Shown here in pieces: positions 20,392 through 30,531 of a DNA stretch of 64,000 nucleotides. The position numbers and the translations under genes were made by a program. The DNA comes from Promethearchaeati archaeon. Lineage in GTDB: Archaea > Asgardarchaeota > Heimdallarchaeia > Heimdallarchaeales > Heimdallarchaeaceae. The notes beneath the pieces were generated by a model that was not told where the DNA came from, did no database searches, and was given only the letters and a program-made list of their open reading frames with translations. The DNA is taken from assembly GCA_013166775.1 (NCBI GenBank), contig JABLTJ010000003.1, positions 1-64,000 on the forward strand. Reading direction: 5' to 3'. Every line of letters starts with the position of its first letter. The stretch's first letter is position 1.

Positions 20392-21972
20392 TCATCTATT
20401 ATATTGTCTAATTAATTCTCTCTTCAATACCTTACCGGCAGCACTTAAAGGAACGCTTTCAACAAATTCAAAGCTTTTGGGGATTTTGTATTTTGTCATG
20501 TTCTGTTCTAGACAGTACTCCTTCATTTCCTCTTCAGAGAGATTAAAGCCTTCTCTAGGTATGATGAATGCTTTTCCTACCTCCCCAAAATAATCATCAG
20601 GTACAGGAATTACAACTGCTAACGAGACACCAAGGTGCTTGAAAAGTACCTCTTCAACTTCTCTCGGATATATTTTTAATCCTCCAGAATTGATTATGTC
20701 TTTTACTCTATCTACTAAGAAGTAATAACCTTCTGTATCGATTATTGCTAAATCACCAGTCTTTAACCACCTTTCCTTTGTTAAGATATTTACAGATTCT
20801 AATCCTTTCCCCCAGTATCCCTTCATTACTTGAGGACCCTTGATTATTACTTCTCCCACTTCTCCTTTTGGAACATCTTCTTGTGTGTCTGAATTTATCA
20901 GCTTAACATGAGTATCTGGCAGGGGTTTGCCAATTGAGTTAACTTTTGGTTTAGCAAAAGGATTAATATGAGTTACTGGACTGCACTCTGTTAAACCATA
21001 ACCTTCGACAATTGCTACTCCAGTTCTCTTTTCGAATTCTTCATGCACCCTACGAGGTAAAGCTGCACCCCCCGAAACACATAACTTAAGTGAAGACAAA
21101 TCATACTCCTCTATTTCTAGTCTAAGTAAGGCAATGTACATAGTTGGTACTCCATAAAATGAATTTACATTTTTATTTTGAATAATCTCCAGAACTTCCT
21201 TTGGATCAAATTTAGGGAGAATAATTATTTTTTCTCCTCTGAAGATTGGAGCAAAAAAACCGCACTGCAAACCAAAACTGTGGCATAATGGTAGAGCTGA
21301 CAAAACACTTCCTGAAAATTCTTTTGGAATCTGTTTTATCCAAGCATTAAATTGGTAAGCATTAGCGAGAACATTAGAATGGGAAAGCATTACTCCTTTA
21401 GATTTACCAGTAGTTCCACCTGAATATAATAAGAAAGCTATATCACTCAGATTTAGTAAATCTTCTTCCATAGGATAGCTTTCCCCTAAAATATCTTTCA
21501 ACAGTATTGCATTTTTAATCTGATTCTCCTTCTTGTCTGTTTGAATAACTGAATTTAGCTGATAATGTTTCAAAATTCCTCCCAAAACGCTTGAGAAATT
21601 GCTATTTGTGATCAATACTTTGGTTTCCGAATCAATCATTTGAAATTGTATATCATTTTCTGCTAATCTGGGATTAATTAGCGAAACCTTTGCACCAGTT
21701 TTAAAAGCAGCAAAAATAGAGACAACAAACCAGATTGAGTTAGGTAAGAGAATAGAAATTGTATCATTTTGTTTTATACCTTGTGATAAAAGGAAACCTG
21801 ATAAACGATTACTAAGTGATAAGATTTCACTCGAAGTGTATTTTTCATTTCCTTCCTCGATAATAATAGCATTAGGGTTTTTTTCAACAATTCTAACAAA
21901 ATTCTTGTAAATTGGAACATTAGGAAAATCCAGTTTGAGAACTTTGTTAACTGATAATTCACTTCTATTCAA
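20392..21972 (-). CDS. Long-chain fatty-acid--CoA ligase (AMP-binding family)
   Basis: YSGGTTGKSKG P-loop, EGYGLTECSP, TGDL, DRVKD, GKVLK. Confidence 0.9.
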   Translation of the reverse strand: MNRSELSVNKVLKLDFPNVPIYKNFVRIVEKNPNAIIIEEGNEKYTSSEILSLSNRLSGFLLSQGIKQNDTISILLPNSIWFVVSIFAAFKTGAKVSLINPRLAENDIQFQMIDSETKVLITNSNFSSVLGGILKHYQLNSVIQTDKKENQIKNAILLKDILGESYPMEEDLLNLSDIAFLLYSGGTTGKSKGVMLSHSNVLANAYQFNAWIKQIPKEFSGSVLSALPLCHSFGLQCGFFAPIFRGEKIIILPKFDPKEVLEIIQNKNVNSFYGVPTMYIALLRLEIEEYDLSSLKLCVSGGAALPRRVHEEFEKRTGVAIVEGYGLTECSPVTHINPFAKPKVNSIGKPLPDTHVKLINSDTQEDVPKGEVGEVIIKGPQVMKGYWGKGLESVNILTKERWLKTGDLAIIDTEGYYFLVDRVKDIINSGGLKIYPREVEEVLFKHLGVSLAVVIPVPDDYFGEVGKAFIIPREGFNLSEEEMKEYCLEQNMTKYKIPKSFEFVESVPLSAAGKVLKRELIRQYNR

Positions 21973-22108
21973 GTTTTACCACTTGAACCTATTCTTTATT
22001 GATGTATTAATGAATTTTATTACGTTGTAGATTATAATGTTCAAATAGTTGTATAAGCAAAATGTTGATATATAAAATTATGATGTTGAATTATCCATTT
22101 TACAGAGT

Positions 22109-24880
22109 ATGGCAAGAGTGTCTTCAAAGAAACCAGTTAAGGATTCTAAAGAGATTGATTACAATGTTAATTATAAAAATGAAGACGAACTCAAGAAACT
22201 AGCCAAGAAATTTGGAATTCCTTTTGATTCTGATAAAGAAAAATTAATTGCGAACCTTGCTCTAAAAGGACAAGAATATATCAATATGAATGAATTTGAA
22301 AAATCAAAAGAGATCTGTGATATATTATTTTCTTTAGCTTCTCAATGGAAAGATGATTTTACTCGTATGAAAGCAAATCTCTTGAAAGCTCAAATCCTTT
22401 CCAGTAAAAAACAAGATTCGCTTGGTAGCTTACATGATGGGTTGAAAACTGCAAAGAAGCTTAAGTTGCATGACATAGTTGTTGGTATAAGAGTACAAAT
22501 TGCTTTTGAGAAATATCGAAGACATCAGTACAAAGGAGTTCTTAGGGAATTAAATCAAATCATGAAATTTTCAGAAATTAATGATGAAAACTCAAGAATA
22601 ATCTGTGAGCTTAGAGCGCGATCATTTTGGGAACTCGATGATTACAAAAAGGGATTTGATGCTACACTTCTCTGGTTTAAGAAATTGAAAGAAAAACCTG
22701 ATGATCTTTATTCTTTATTTATGGTTATTGTCTATCTTCTTACAGTTTTGAGTTCTATTTCTTTGTCTTATTCTGAAGATGAATTAGAAGAAATAAAAAA
22801 AGATATAAATTCTGTTTTATCACAAATAGCAACTTCAACTCATCTTTTCAAAGACTTAATTCCAAATTTAGATACTTTATTTGCCAAATCTTTAATGATG
22901 GTTGAACCTAAAATACTTCATGAGTTCTCAGACCTCATTCTTCAATCTGTCAGATGGATGGACGAAGAAAAATACCTGTTTCTGTGTATGAAACTTGCTG
23001 ATTCTTTCTGTAATATTAGCGATTTTGACAAAGCAACCAATCTAGTTGACAAAGCTATTCAATTCGCAAGAGAAAAGAAATATGAGAAAATTGAACCAAT
23101 GCTCATTTTTAAGAGAACAGAGATTACAAGTCTCATTTTTTATTTTGTACCATTAGATCCTATGTTCGATCCCTCAGCAATTGAATCTGTTACAGTATGT
23201 ATAGATGGAAAAACTGAAACTCAAAACCTGAGTCTAATTCAAGCCCCAACAAATAATTTCCCCTCTACATCTTACTCTCAATTTCTACGAATACTTGAGA
23301 AAGCATCTCATTTTTATGAAAAAGAAGGATATTTAGAAATTAATGGATTAAGTCAAAACGAGGAGCGGGGTCATTTCGTTTTACAATTTGAAATAGCAGA
23401 TGAACAAATAGATCTTCTGATGAGAGAGGATTTCAAAGTTGAGAAAAATATCTCTCAAACATTACATTCCACAGTTTCTCCTTACTATTCTGTTATTGGG
23501 GTAATTACAGATTCAAGTGCAAAACCAATTGATGATATTGAAGATATAGAAAAAATTCTATTGAAGATTCAAAGAGGAGTTAATTGTCCTGCATCAAAAA
23601 TTAATCTAATATTTCCAAAGAAACCTCCCCAGTTAAACATTTTTAGTTTCTACAATGAAGACAAAAAATTCAGGAGTCTGAAAATTAAATTACTAGAAAT
23701 TGCTTCTTCTCTTCGTAGAGATTACGATTTTGTTCGAGAGAATGAGTTTCTTCAAATCTTCCAAAGTGATCCTATTACAATTTTCGATTTATCTCTTAGG
23801 GAACCTGAGCAATTAGAACCATTATCAAAACTGCTCAGACACGCTTATGGGGTAGATTTAGATAATTCAATTTTATCTGAATTTTTCAGCAATGTAATAA
23901 CTCTATTCCTTGAAAGAATTGACACAAAATTTTGGAAAGATTTTTACTACCAATATGCATGGCTACAACTCAAAGGTGAATTTCTTTTACTAACAAATAA
24001 ACAGATATCAAGAAAGAAGATTTTAGGTCAAAGATTGATTGAAATAGCTAAAAAATTAAAAGATGAAGAAAAGATACTTGAAAGTAGATATTATCATCTT
24101 TTTTCCTCAATTATAGATAAAGAAGATAATCTGAATGTGGAAATTGAAGAATTAATAAAAGAATCTGCGAATCTAGAATCTAAAAAATACTTAACTATCT
24201 TCAAAATAATAACAAATTTAAACAAAGAAAAAGATAAATTGAAAGACGAGTTGCTAATTGATACAATCAACAATTTTTGCGAACTGTGTGAATTTAAAGA
24301 TTGGGACAAGAGCTTAGAACTCTTTGTTCTTCTTCTAAGTAAAATTCCTCAAATAACTTCTTTGCTAGAAATATGCAAAAATAAGGAGACCAAAGAAACA
24401 GGTTTTCTGTTATATTTGCATTTAATAAAACATCTAATATCCTTAGAAGATTACAATGCAGCTTTTGATATGCTCAAATGGGTTATTTCAAGCCTTGTAG
24501 AAAGAAAAAAGACATTTTTCTATCCTGAACATACCTGGAATTATTTCTTTGTGTCTGCAAATCAATTCTTGTATGAAATATATGATAAAATCCCACAAAA
24601 GCAACTTAAAGAATCCAAAATTAACAAGCATTACATAATCTCAAATCTTCTAAGTAACCATGAATGGATAGCTGATCCATTATTACTTGTAAAACTACTT
24701 AGAGAAGAAACAGAAATCCATATAGATAAATCTGATTTTTCCTTAGCTGAAAGCAACTATCATTGGATCGAACAACTAATGTACTATTCTTGGGATATTT
24801 TTACATCAGAAGAAAATAAAGAACTACTTGAACTAATTCAAAGTACCAAAAGACGGATTGTAAGTCAGCATTTTACTTAG
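22109..24880 (+). CDS. Large alpha-helical (TPR-like) hypothetical protein
   Basis: 923-aa ORF, mostly helical repeats with a central mixed alpha/beta segment; no catalytic motif recognised. Confidence 0.55.
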   Translation: MARVSSKKPVKDSKEIDYNVNYKNEDELKKLAKKFGIPFDSDKEKLIANLALKGQEYINMNEFEKSKEICDILFSLASQWKDDFTRMKANLLKAQILSSKKQDSLGSLHDGLKTAKKLKLHDIVVGIRVQIAFEKYRRHQYKGVLRELNQIMKFSEINDENSRIICELRARSFWELDDYKKGFDATLLWFKKLKEKPDDLYSLFMVIVYLLTVLSSISLSYSEDELEEIKKDINSVLSQIATSTHLFKDLIPNLDTLFAKSLMMVEPKILHEFSDLILQSVRWMDEEKYLFLCMKLADSFCNISDFDKATNLVDKAIQFAREKKYEKIEPMLIFKRTEITSLIFYFVPLDPMFDPSAIESVTVCIDGKTETQNLSLIQAPTNNFPSTSYSQFLRILEKASHFYEKEGYLEINGLSQNEERGHFVLQFEIADEQIDLLMREDFKVEKNISQTLHSTVSPYYSVIGVITDSSAKPIDDIEDIEKILLKIQRGVNCPASKINLIFPKKPPQLNIFSFYNEDKKFRSLKIKLLEIASSLRRDYDFVRENEFLQIFQSDPITIFDLSLREPEQLEPLSKLLRHAYGVDLDNSILSEFFSNVITLFLERIDTKFWKDFYYQYAWLQLKGEFLLLTNKQISRKKILGQRLIEIAKKLKDEEKILESRYYHLFSSIIDKEDNLNVEIEELIKESANLESKKYLTIFKIITNLNKEKDKLKDELLIDTINNFCELCEFKDWDKSLELFVLLLSKIPQITSLLEICKNKETKETGFLLYLHLIKHLISLEDYNAAFDMLKWVISSLVERKKTFFYPEHTWNYFFVSANQFLYEIYDKIPQKQLKESKINKHYIISNLLSNHEWIADPLLLVKLLREETEIHIDKSDFSLAESNYHWIEQLMYYSWDIFTSEENKELLELIQSTKRRIVSQHFT

Positions 24881-25115
24881 TATTAGTGAAAAACTACAAA
24901 AATCTCATTCTAAGCAGAATAATTTTTTCAAGCCTGAATTTTTCTCGTAAGTTTTTCTTTATAAAGAAAGGCGTATTTTATGTCTATAGAGGCTTCAGAG
25001 CTTATTTTTCACCTATGTAACCCATAACAATATTTATCAATGAAATTCTCAAATAGTCATGTGTGTACTTAAAAGGCGAACTTAACCGCTATATCCTATA
25101 TTTGGTGTCTAATTA

Positions 25116-27728
25116 ATGTCTTCGGAACACGAAATAGCGATAATTTCAGTTGGTTATACAAATAGCCCAATGATAGAAGAAATTCTTCAAAACGAAATTA
25201 TCCCCTTTTCTATAATTGCAAACAACTCATGTGACTTCCAAATTCACCATGCTGATCCATCGAAGGTACTTAACTACAGCATGGAATTCACTAATACAAT
25301 TGAAATTATAGCTAAGAACAGCATGGATTCGTTAGCGGTTTTTGAAACCTTAGGACAATTCTTTGATTTTTATAATCCCTTACGTTTATCAACTTTAAAT
25401 TATCTCATTTCAAAATATGCGACAAGCATTAAACCGGAAAATAAGAATTATTTAAAAGCATGGAAACAAATAACAAATGCGATTTTTGAGGAAGATATTA
25501 TTTTTCCATTATTTGAAGAAACCCGAATTGTACATATTAAAGAGGGAGATGTAGAAGTACCTGTTAGACACTTTTTAATTTCAAAAGAGATTGAGATAAA
25601 GAAAAATAACAATAACAAAAAATCAGTTGAAGCTTCAGTTGAAGAAATTACAGGATTAATTGATTTAGATAAACTCGATAAATTAAAGTTATGCAGTGAA
25701 GCAACCAAAAAGATTATTTCAGCTACTGGAGTAATTATTGCACCAACAGATATAGTATCTCTCTTTATAATGTTCAGCTCTGAAAGCTTTAGAGACGTTT
25801 TGGAAAGAACCTCAGGAAAGATTGCCTTTGTATCTCCCTTCTGGCCTGATAAAAAACTTTCAAATCTTGAAAAAATGATACTAGAAAAAACAGATTTTAA
25901 AGTAACCCTTGAGAATATTGTTGATCTTGTAAAAAATACTGTAGACACGATAATAATAGATGAAAAAAATAGTAATTTAGTTCCAACATTGAGAGAAGCA
26001 GGAGTAACTGTTCTTGTCGAAAATCTGTCGTGTGAGAATCAACAAACTACAGAATTCTTAGATACTGTTTTAAAATCAATAGATATTTCCCTTGATACAA
26101 TACAGATTGAGCCAAAATTGGCAATTGAAGGATTAGGAGAAAGACTTGTAAACCTTTTCAGGGTTCGTGAACCCAAAAAGGAAGAAGTGCTTGAAGCTGA
26201 AGAGATTCTTGAAGTTGATGAAGATAAACGAAAAATAGAATCCATGTTAGCTCAACAAACTCCTGAAGATACTGAAACTGAAGAAGAAGTTACTCTTGAA
26301 GTAGACGAACCTGAAATTATAGAAACTGTTGATTCTTTAACTGATGAGTTTGAAATGGAAATAATTGAAACAGAAGAAGACATATCTCAGATTCCAATTC
26401 CACCTCCAAAGGATGCATTAATTGAAAGTGATCTAATGTTCCAGCAAACTGATGGTCAATTTGTTCTTCCAGGAATTGAGCAGATAACTCAATTTGAACT
26501 TGAAGAGCTAGATTCTTTAGATGTTGATGATCATATTATTTCTTCTTTTATAGATCGAGCCATTTCTTCAACAGCATCAGGATTGGAAGTAGTTTTTTCT
26601 GACTTACTCTCATTACAGAATAATCCATTACTAATAGATAAAATCTATTCAATGTTAATGAAAAGATTATTAAAATCAAGAGAATTGAGCCCAGAAATTA
26701 AGATAGGTGATATGGTTACATATCTCTCTGCGCATAAACCTGAATATTATAAGGAAAGACTAGAAAAGCTATTAGAAGCTACTATCAAAGCAAAAGAAGA
26801 AAAGGAATTTTATCAATATTTGAGAACAACTTCCTTAGTTATAAAAAGTTCTCTCTTAATAGCAAGTGATATTTTAGAGGAATTTATCTTTAAATTCATT
26901 ATAACTGAAGATATCTATGCTTTAGATAGACTCAAACGAATCATCAATGTTTTTGCAATATCTGATCCTGATATTCTGCAATTAGTATGTAAAGTTCTTG
27001 TTGAATTGTACAATAATGAGCTTGAAAAAGAAAAAATTAATCAAAACATCATAGATAGAGCATTTGTTTTTCTTTCATTGTTTGATGGAGTGTCAGTTGG
27101 AACTTCCTTAATATTCCATGAATCAGATAAAATAAGAGATTCATTTTTGGAAAAACTTGTTAAAATAAATTTCAATGATCCCTTCAAGCAAATTGTCTCT
27201 AGCATAATTGAGAAATATAAGGAAGGTACATATGAAGAGTTAATGGAAACTCTACAAGGGAGAGAACTTCCTGATGTTATAGAGCTTGAAATGATGAAAA
27301 GAAAATACATCAGTAGTCTTTCGAAAGTGGGTTCAATACCCTTGGAATTATTTGCAGAGAGAATAGGTCAACCGCTTGAAAAAACAGAGAAAATTATCTA
27401 TGATATGATTCTAAAAGAAGAAATTCCAGCTAGAATTGAATTAGTAGATGGCAGATTATACATTGTTCAAGGAGAAGATAAAGAAGAACTGCCAGAAAAA
27501 ATCACTGAAGATAAGCTGGAAGAAACAATCGAGATACAAGAAGATGTAGAAGTAACAGAAGAAGAACCAGAAGCAACCAAAGATAAAATTAAAAAAGAGA
27601 AAGAAATTGAGGAAAAACCTTCTGAAGAAGAAGTAGAAAATGAAAATACTTGCCCTCAATGTGATAGAAAGTTTTCCAGTGAACGTGGACTCAAAACACA
27701 TATTTCTAGAAGTCATAAAGAGAAATGA
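25116..27728 (+). CDS. Multidomain protein: CofD/UPF0052-like domain, acidic linker, helical solenoid, PCI winged helix, C2H2 zinc finger
   Basis: GVIIAPTDIVSL / IAFVSPF / DTIIIDEKN (CofD-like); IPLELFAERIG..EKTEKIIYDMILKEEIPARI (PCI); CPQCDRKFSSERGLKTHISRSH (C2H2). Confidence 0.6.
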   Translation: MSSEHEIAIISVGYTNSPMIEEILQNEIIPFSIIANNSCDFQIHHADPSKVLNYSMEFTNTIEIIAKNSMDSLAVFETLGQFFDFYNPLRLSTLNYLISKYATSIKPENKNYLKAWKQITNAIFEEDIIFPLFEETRIVHIKEGDVEVPVRHFLISKEIEIKKNNNNKKSVEASVEEITGLIDLDKLDKLKLCSEATKKIISATGVIIAPTDIVSLFIMFSSESFRDVLERTSGKIAFVSPFWPDKKLSNLEKMILEKTDFKVTLENIVDLVKNTVDTIIIDEKNSNLVPTLREAGVTVLVENLSCENQQTTEFLDTVLKSIDISLDTIQIEPKLAIEGLGERLVNLFRVREPKKEEVLEAEEILEVDEDKRKIESMLAQQTPEDTETEEEVTLEVDEPEIIETVDSLTDEFEMEIIETEEDISQIPIPPPKDALIESDLMFQQTDGQFVLPGIEQITQFELEELDSLDVDDHIISSFIDRAISSTASGLEVVFSDLLSLQNNPLLIDKIYSMLMKRLLKSRELSPEIKIGDMVTYLSAHKPEYYKERLEKLLEATIKAKEEKEFYQYLRTTSLVIKSSLLIASDILEEFIFKFIITEDIYALDRLKRIINVFAISDPDILQLVCKVLVELYNNELEKEKINQNIIDRAFVFLSLFDGVSVGTSLIFHESDKIRDSFLEKLVKINFNDPFKQIVSSIIEKYKEGTYEELMETLQGRELPDVIELEMMKRKYISSLSKVGSIPLELFAERIGQPLEKTEKIIYDMILKEEIPARIELVDGRLYIVQGEDKEELPEKITEDKLEETIEIQEDVEVTEEEPEATKDKIKKEKEIEEKPSEEEVENENTCPQCDRKFSSERGLKTHISRSHKEK

Positions 27729-27801
27729 AGTTGGAGATATGGCTTTTTTAATAAACAGAAAATTGGATAAGATTTTTATCTAAATTTACGTTATTTTTAT
27801 T

Positions 27802-28323
27802 ATGATTAAACCTCAAATAGCTGTTATAGGTTCTGGATTATTATTAGAAAATCAGAAGGAGTATTCTCTCGCAAAAGAATTGGGGGAAGGATTAATTGAC
27901 AAGGGATATAGAATCTTATGTGGGGGACTAGGTGGAGTAATGACTGCTGTATGTGAAGGAGCAAAAACTTCTCCAAATTACTCTGAAGGATCTACAATCG
28001 GAATACTGCCTACATTGGATAGAGATCTTGTAAATCCTTTTATTGATATATGTATTGCAACTGGTCTCTCAATGGCAAGAAATCAGGTTATTATTGCATC
28101 ATCAGAGATAGTTATAGCAATAGGTGGGGGTGCTGGAACTTTGTCAGAACTCGCATTTGCTTGGCAATTAAATAAACCAATTATTACTCTTCGAGACACA
28201 GGAGGATGGTCGAGTAAGTTATCAGACCAAAAAATTGATGATAGTAGAATAGATACGATTAATTCAGTAGATAAAGTCAGCGAAGTACTAGAACTAATAT
28301 CTACGATTTTGGAAGAAAAATAA
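27802..28323 (+). CDS. TIGR00725 / LOG-family Rossmann-fold protein
   Basis: CGGLGGVM, TIGILP, ARNQVII, GGGAGTLSELAFA. Confidence 0.88.
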   Translation: MIKPQIAVIGSGLLLENQKEYSLAKELGEGLIDKGYRILCGGLGGVMTAVCEGAKTSPNYSEGSTIGILPTLDRDLVNPFIDICIATGLSMARNQVIIASSEIVIAIGGGAGTLSELAFAWQLNKPIITLRDTGGWSSKLSDQKIDDSRIDTINSVDKVSEVLELISTILEEK

Positions 28324-28374
28324 GTATACAACCAATTGACAAAAATTTTAAAGTATTCTCCCCTATTAGTTTAT

Positions 28375-29373
28375 ATGCTTATTTGCTTGTTCAAATTAGA
28401 AGATGTGGGACCAGCTCTTGTTACTATGGTTTCCGATAAAAATGTAGAATTTGATGAATCAGTTGTAGAGAAATTTAGATTCTCAGGTTCCATCACCTAC
28501 TCTTTAGTTTTTCAAGGAATGATATCAATTGAAGATTTTTCTGCTGAACTTTATGGACCTTTTCCATTCGCATTTTCTTCTGGATTTGTACAATATGCAT
28601 TTTCATTTATTGCTGAAGATAAATCAGTGAAAGATCAGAGAATGAAAAGTAGAACTCTGGGTTTAGTTCTAATGCTAGTACCAGAGATGATGTCCAAAAT
28701 CGACGACTTCAGAGAAGAGTTAGCGAAAATACTGTTATATAAGTTTCATAATATCAAGAAAATTAGTCAAGTCAATAAAAACTTTCTATCTGAAATTATT
28801 AAAGATTATAATGAAGTTGTGAAAAACTTATTAAACACACAACAAGCAGACATGCTTGCAAATCAGCTCATCAATTTTGTTCAGCAGAAGCCTTCAAAGA
28901 AAAGAAAACTAGCAGAAATTGGAATAATATATCCAGAAGAGTATATTACTTTGATTAAAAACTACTATGCATCTTTTATGTCCTCTTTACCATATGAGGA
29001 GTCTTCATATGGAGTTAATGCTGCAAATATCAAAACGAAAAACTATTCTTTTAACTTCAAAAAAGATACTTTAGTTGATGAACAATTCATAGCTCCTATG
29101 GAAGCGCTAGTTTTCATAGTTGATGTTGCAAATAAGGAATACAAAGAAGTTTATAATATATTAGAGAGTTTGAAAACAAAACCGAAAATTGCTTTGGTTG
29201 TCTCTTTACCTGAAAATATTGAAAAAGCTAGTACATCCTATGCAAAATTCTTCACAGGACTTCAAAGACACATAGAAGGATTGCCCTTCTTTTCTGCAAG
29301 TTTTACTTCAACATATGATTTCAAGTCCAAAATGCTAGAAGCAATCTTTTGGACACTTTCTCCATTAAACTGA
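28375..29373 (+). CDS. Asgard-type longin/DENN-like domain fused to a degenerate small-GTPase-like domain
   Basis: N-terminal FKLEDVGP...LYGPFPF...YAFSF..D..VKDQR; C-terminal EALVFIVDV / IALVVS / FSAS strands without a P-loop. Confidence 0.4.
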   Translation: MLICLFKLEDVGPALVTMVSDKNVEFDESVVEKFRFSGSITYSLVFQGMISIEDFSAELYGPFPFAFSSGFVQYAFSFIAEDKSVKDQRMKSRTLGLVLMLVPEMMSKIDDFREELAKILLYKFHNIKKISQVNKNFLSEIIKDYNEVVKNLLNTQQADMLANQLINFVQQKPSKKRKLAEIGIIYPEEYITLIKNYYASFMSSLPYEESSYGVNAANIKTKNYSFNFKKDTLVDEQFIAPMEALVFIVDVANKEYKEVYNILESLKTKPKIALVVSLPENIEKASTSYAKFFTGLQRHIEGLPFFSASFTSTYDFKSKMLEAIFWTLSPLN

Positions 29374-29392
29374 AATTCTTATGAATGGTGTC

Positions 29393-30499
29393 TCAGAGCG
29401 ATATTTTTTCTGATGCAAGTTCTTCGATTTTTTCTATATTTATTTTAACACCAATGCCATGTGAATTTCTAGGGACATCAATTGTTCCATCATTATTTAA
29501 CTTGAAAATAGGTTCAACGATATAGTCTGTATAATATCTTGCACTCTCGCTGATATCATTAGGAAGTGAAAAGGTAGATAAGCTAGCAACCGCAACATTC
29601 TTAGCTCTTCCTATACCTGTTTCTAACATACCTCCGCACCATAATGGTGTCTTTAGTTTTTCAGCTAATTTATGGATTTTCAGTGTCTCAGTAATTCCAC
29701 CAACTCTTGCAGGTTTCACATTTATGATCCTGCAAGCGTCAGACTCTATTGCTACTCTTGCATCATCTACACTTTTGATTGACTCATCAAGACAGATAGG
29801 AGTTGAGATATCTTTTTGGAGTTTAGCATGATCAAGAATATCATAATATTGAAGAGGCTGTTCTATCATCATTAAATTGTACTTATCCAGATTAAGAAAA
29901 ATATCCTTGTCTTTGTACCGATAAGCACTGTTTGCATCGACCATTAGAAGTATATCTGGAAAAACATCTCTAATTTGTTTGATTATCTCAACATCCCAAC
30001 CAGGTTCGATTTTTATTTTGATTCTCTGATAATTTTGCTCTACTGCTGTTTTTATTTTTTCCAAAAGAATGTCAATGTTTTTTTGAATACCAAGAGAGAT
30101 TCCAGAAGGAATTGTTTCCTTAGATCCGTTTATCATGTTCTTGAGAGAAACATTGTTTAATTTCCCGTAAAGGTCCCATACTGCATCTTCTACACATGCT
30201 TTTGCCATTTGATTTCCTTTAATATTACTAACTAAGCGTTGGTAATCTGAAGGATGTTCTAATCCTTCTTCTTTCATCCAGGGGATGATATATTCACTGA
30301 TTATAAATTTGCATGATGAAATAGTTTCTCCAGAATACCAGGGTCCATGCTCTGCAACACATTCTCCCCAACCACTTCTTCCTTCATATTCCAATTTTAC
30401 CAAAAGAATTTCGCGTTCTTTCGTTACACCAAAGCTTGTTCTAAAAGGGTGCTTTAGAACCATTTTTACAAGAAATAAATTAGCGTTTTCTAACTTCAT
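29393..30499 (-). CDS. N-succinylamino acid racemase / o-succinylbenzoate synthase (NSAR/OSBS, enolase superfamily)
   Basis: PFRTSFG, KIKIEPG, VDANSAY, IEQP, LDES, NVK, WCGGMLETGIGRA, DIS.S.RY. Confidence 0.9.
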   Translation of the reverse strand: MKLENANLFLVKMVLKHPFRTSFGVTKEREILLVKLEYEGRSGWGECVAEHGPWYSGETISSCKFIISEYIIPWMKEEGLEHPSDYQRLVSNIKGNQMAKACVEDAVWDLYGKLNNVSLKNMINGSKETIPSGISLGIQKNIDILLEKIKTAVEQNYQRIKIKIEPGWDVEIIKQIRDVFPDILLMVDANSAYRYKDKDIFLNLDKYNLMMIEQPLQYYDILDHAKLQKDISTPICLDESIKSVDDARVAIESDACRIINVKPARVGGITETLKIHKLAEKLKTPLWCGGMLETGIGRAKNVAVASLSTFSLPNDISESARYYTDYIVEPIFKLNNDGTIDVPRNSHGIGVKINIEKIEELASEKISL

Positions 30500-30531
30500 T
30501 CCATCACCGTTTAAATTTTCAAATATAAGTC

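Noticed and set aside
24881-25115. Structured RNA in the 235-bp intergenic gap
   Set aside because: Only short AT-rich palindromes; no tRNA or other recognisable fold.
25448-27716. Several minus-strand ORFs of 68-166 aa
   Set aside because: Ser/Phe-rich shadows of the Glu/Lys-rich 870-aa gene.
29393-30499. menC of menaquinone biosynthesis
   Set aside because: The context is the GNAT partner rather than men genes, so no gene symbol was given.
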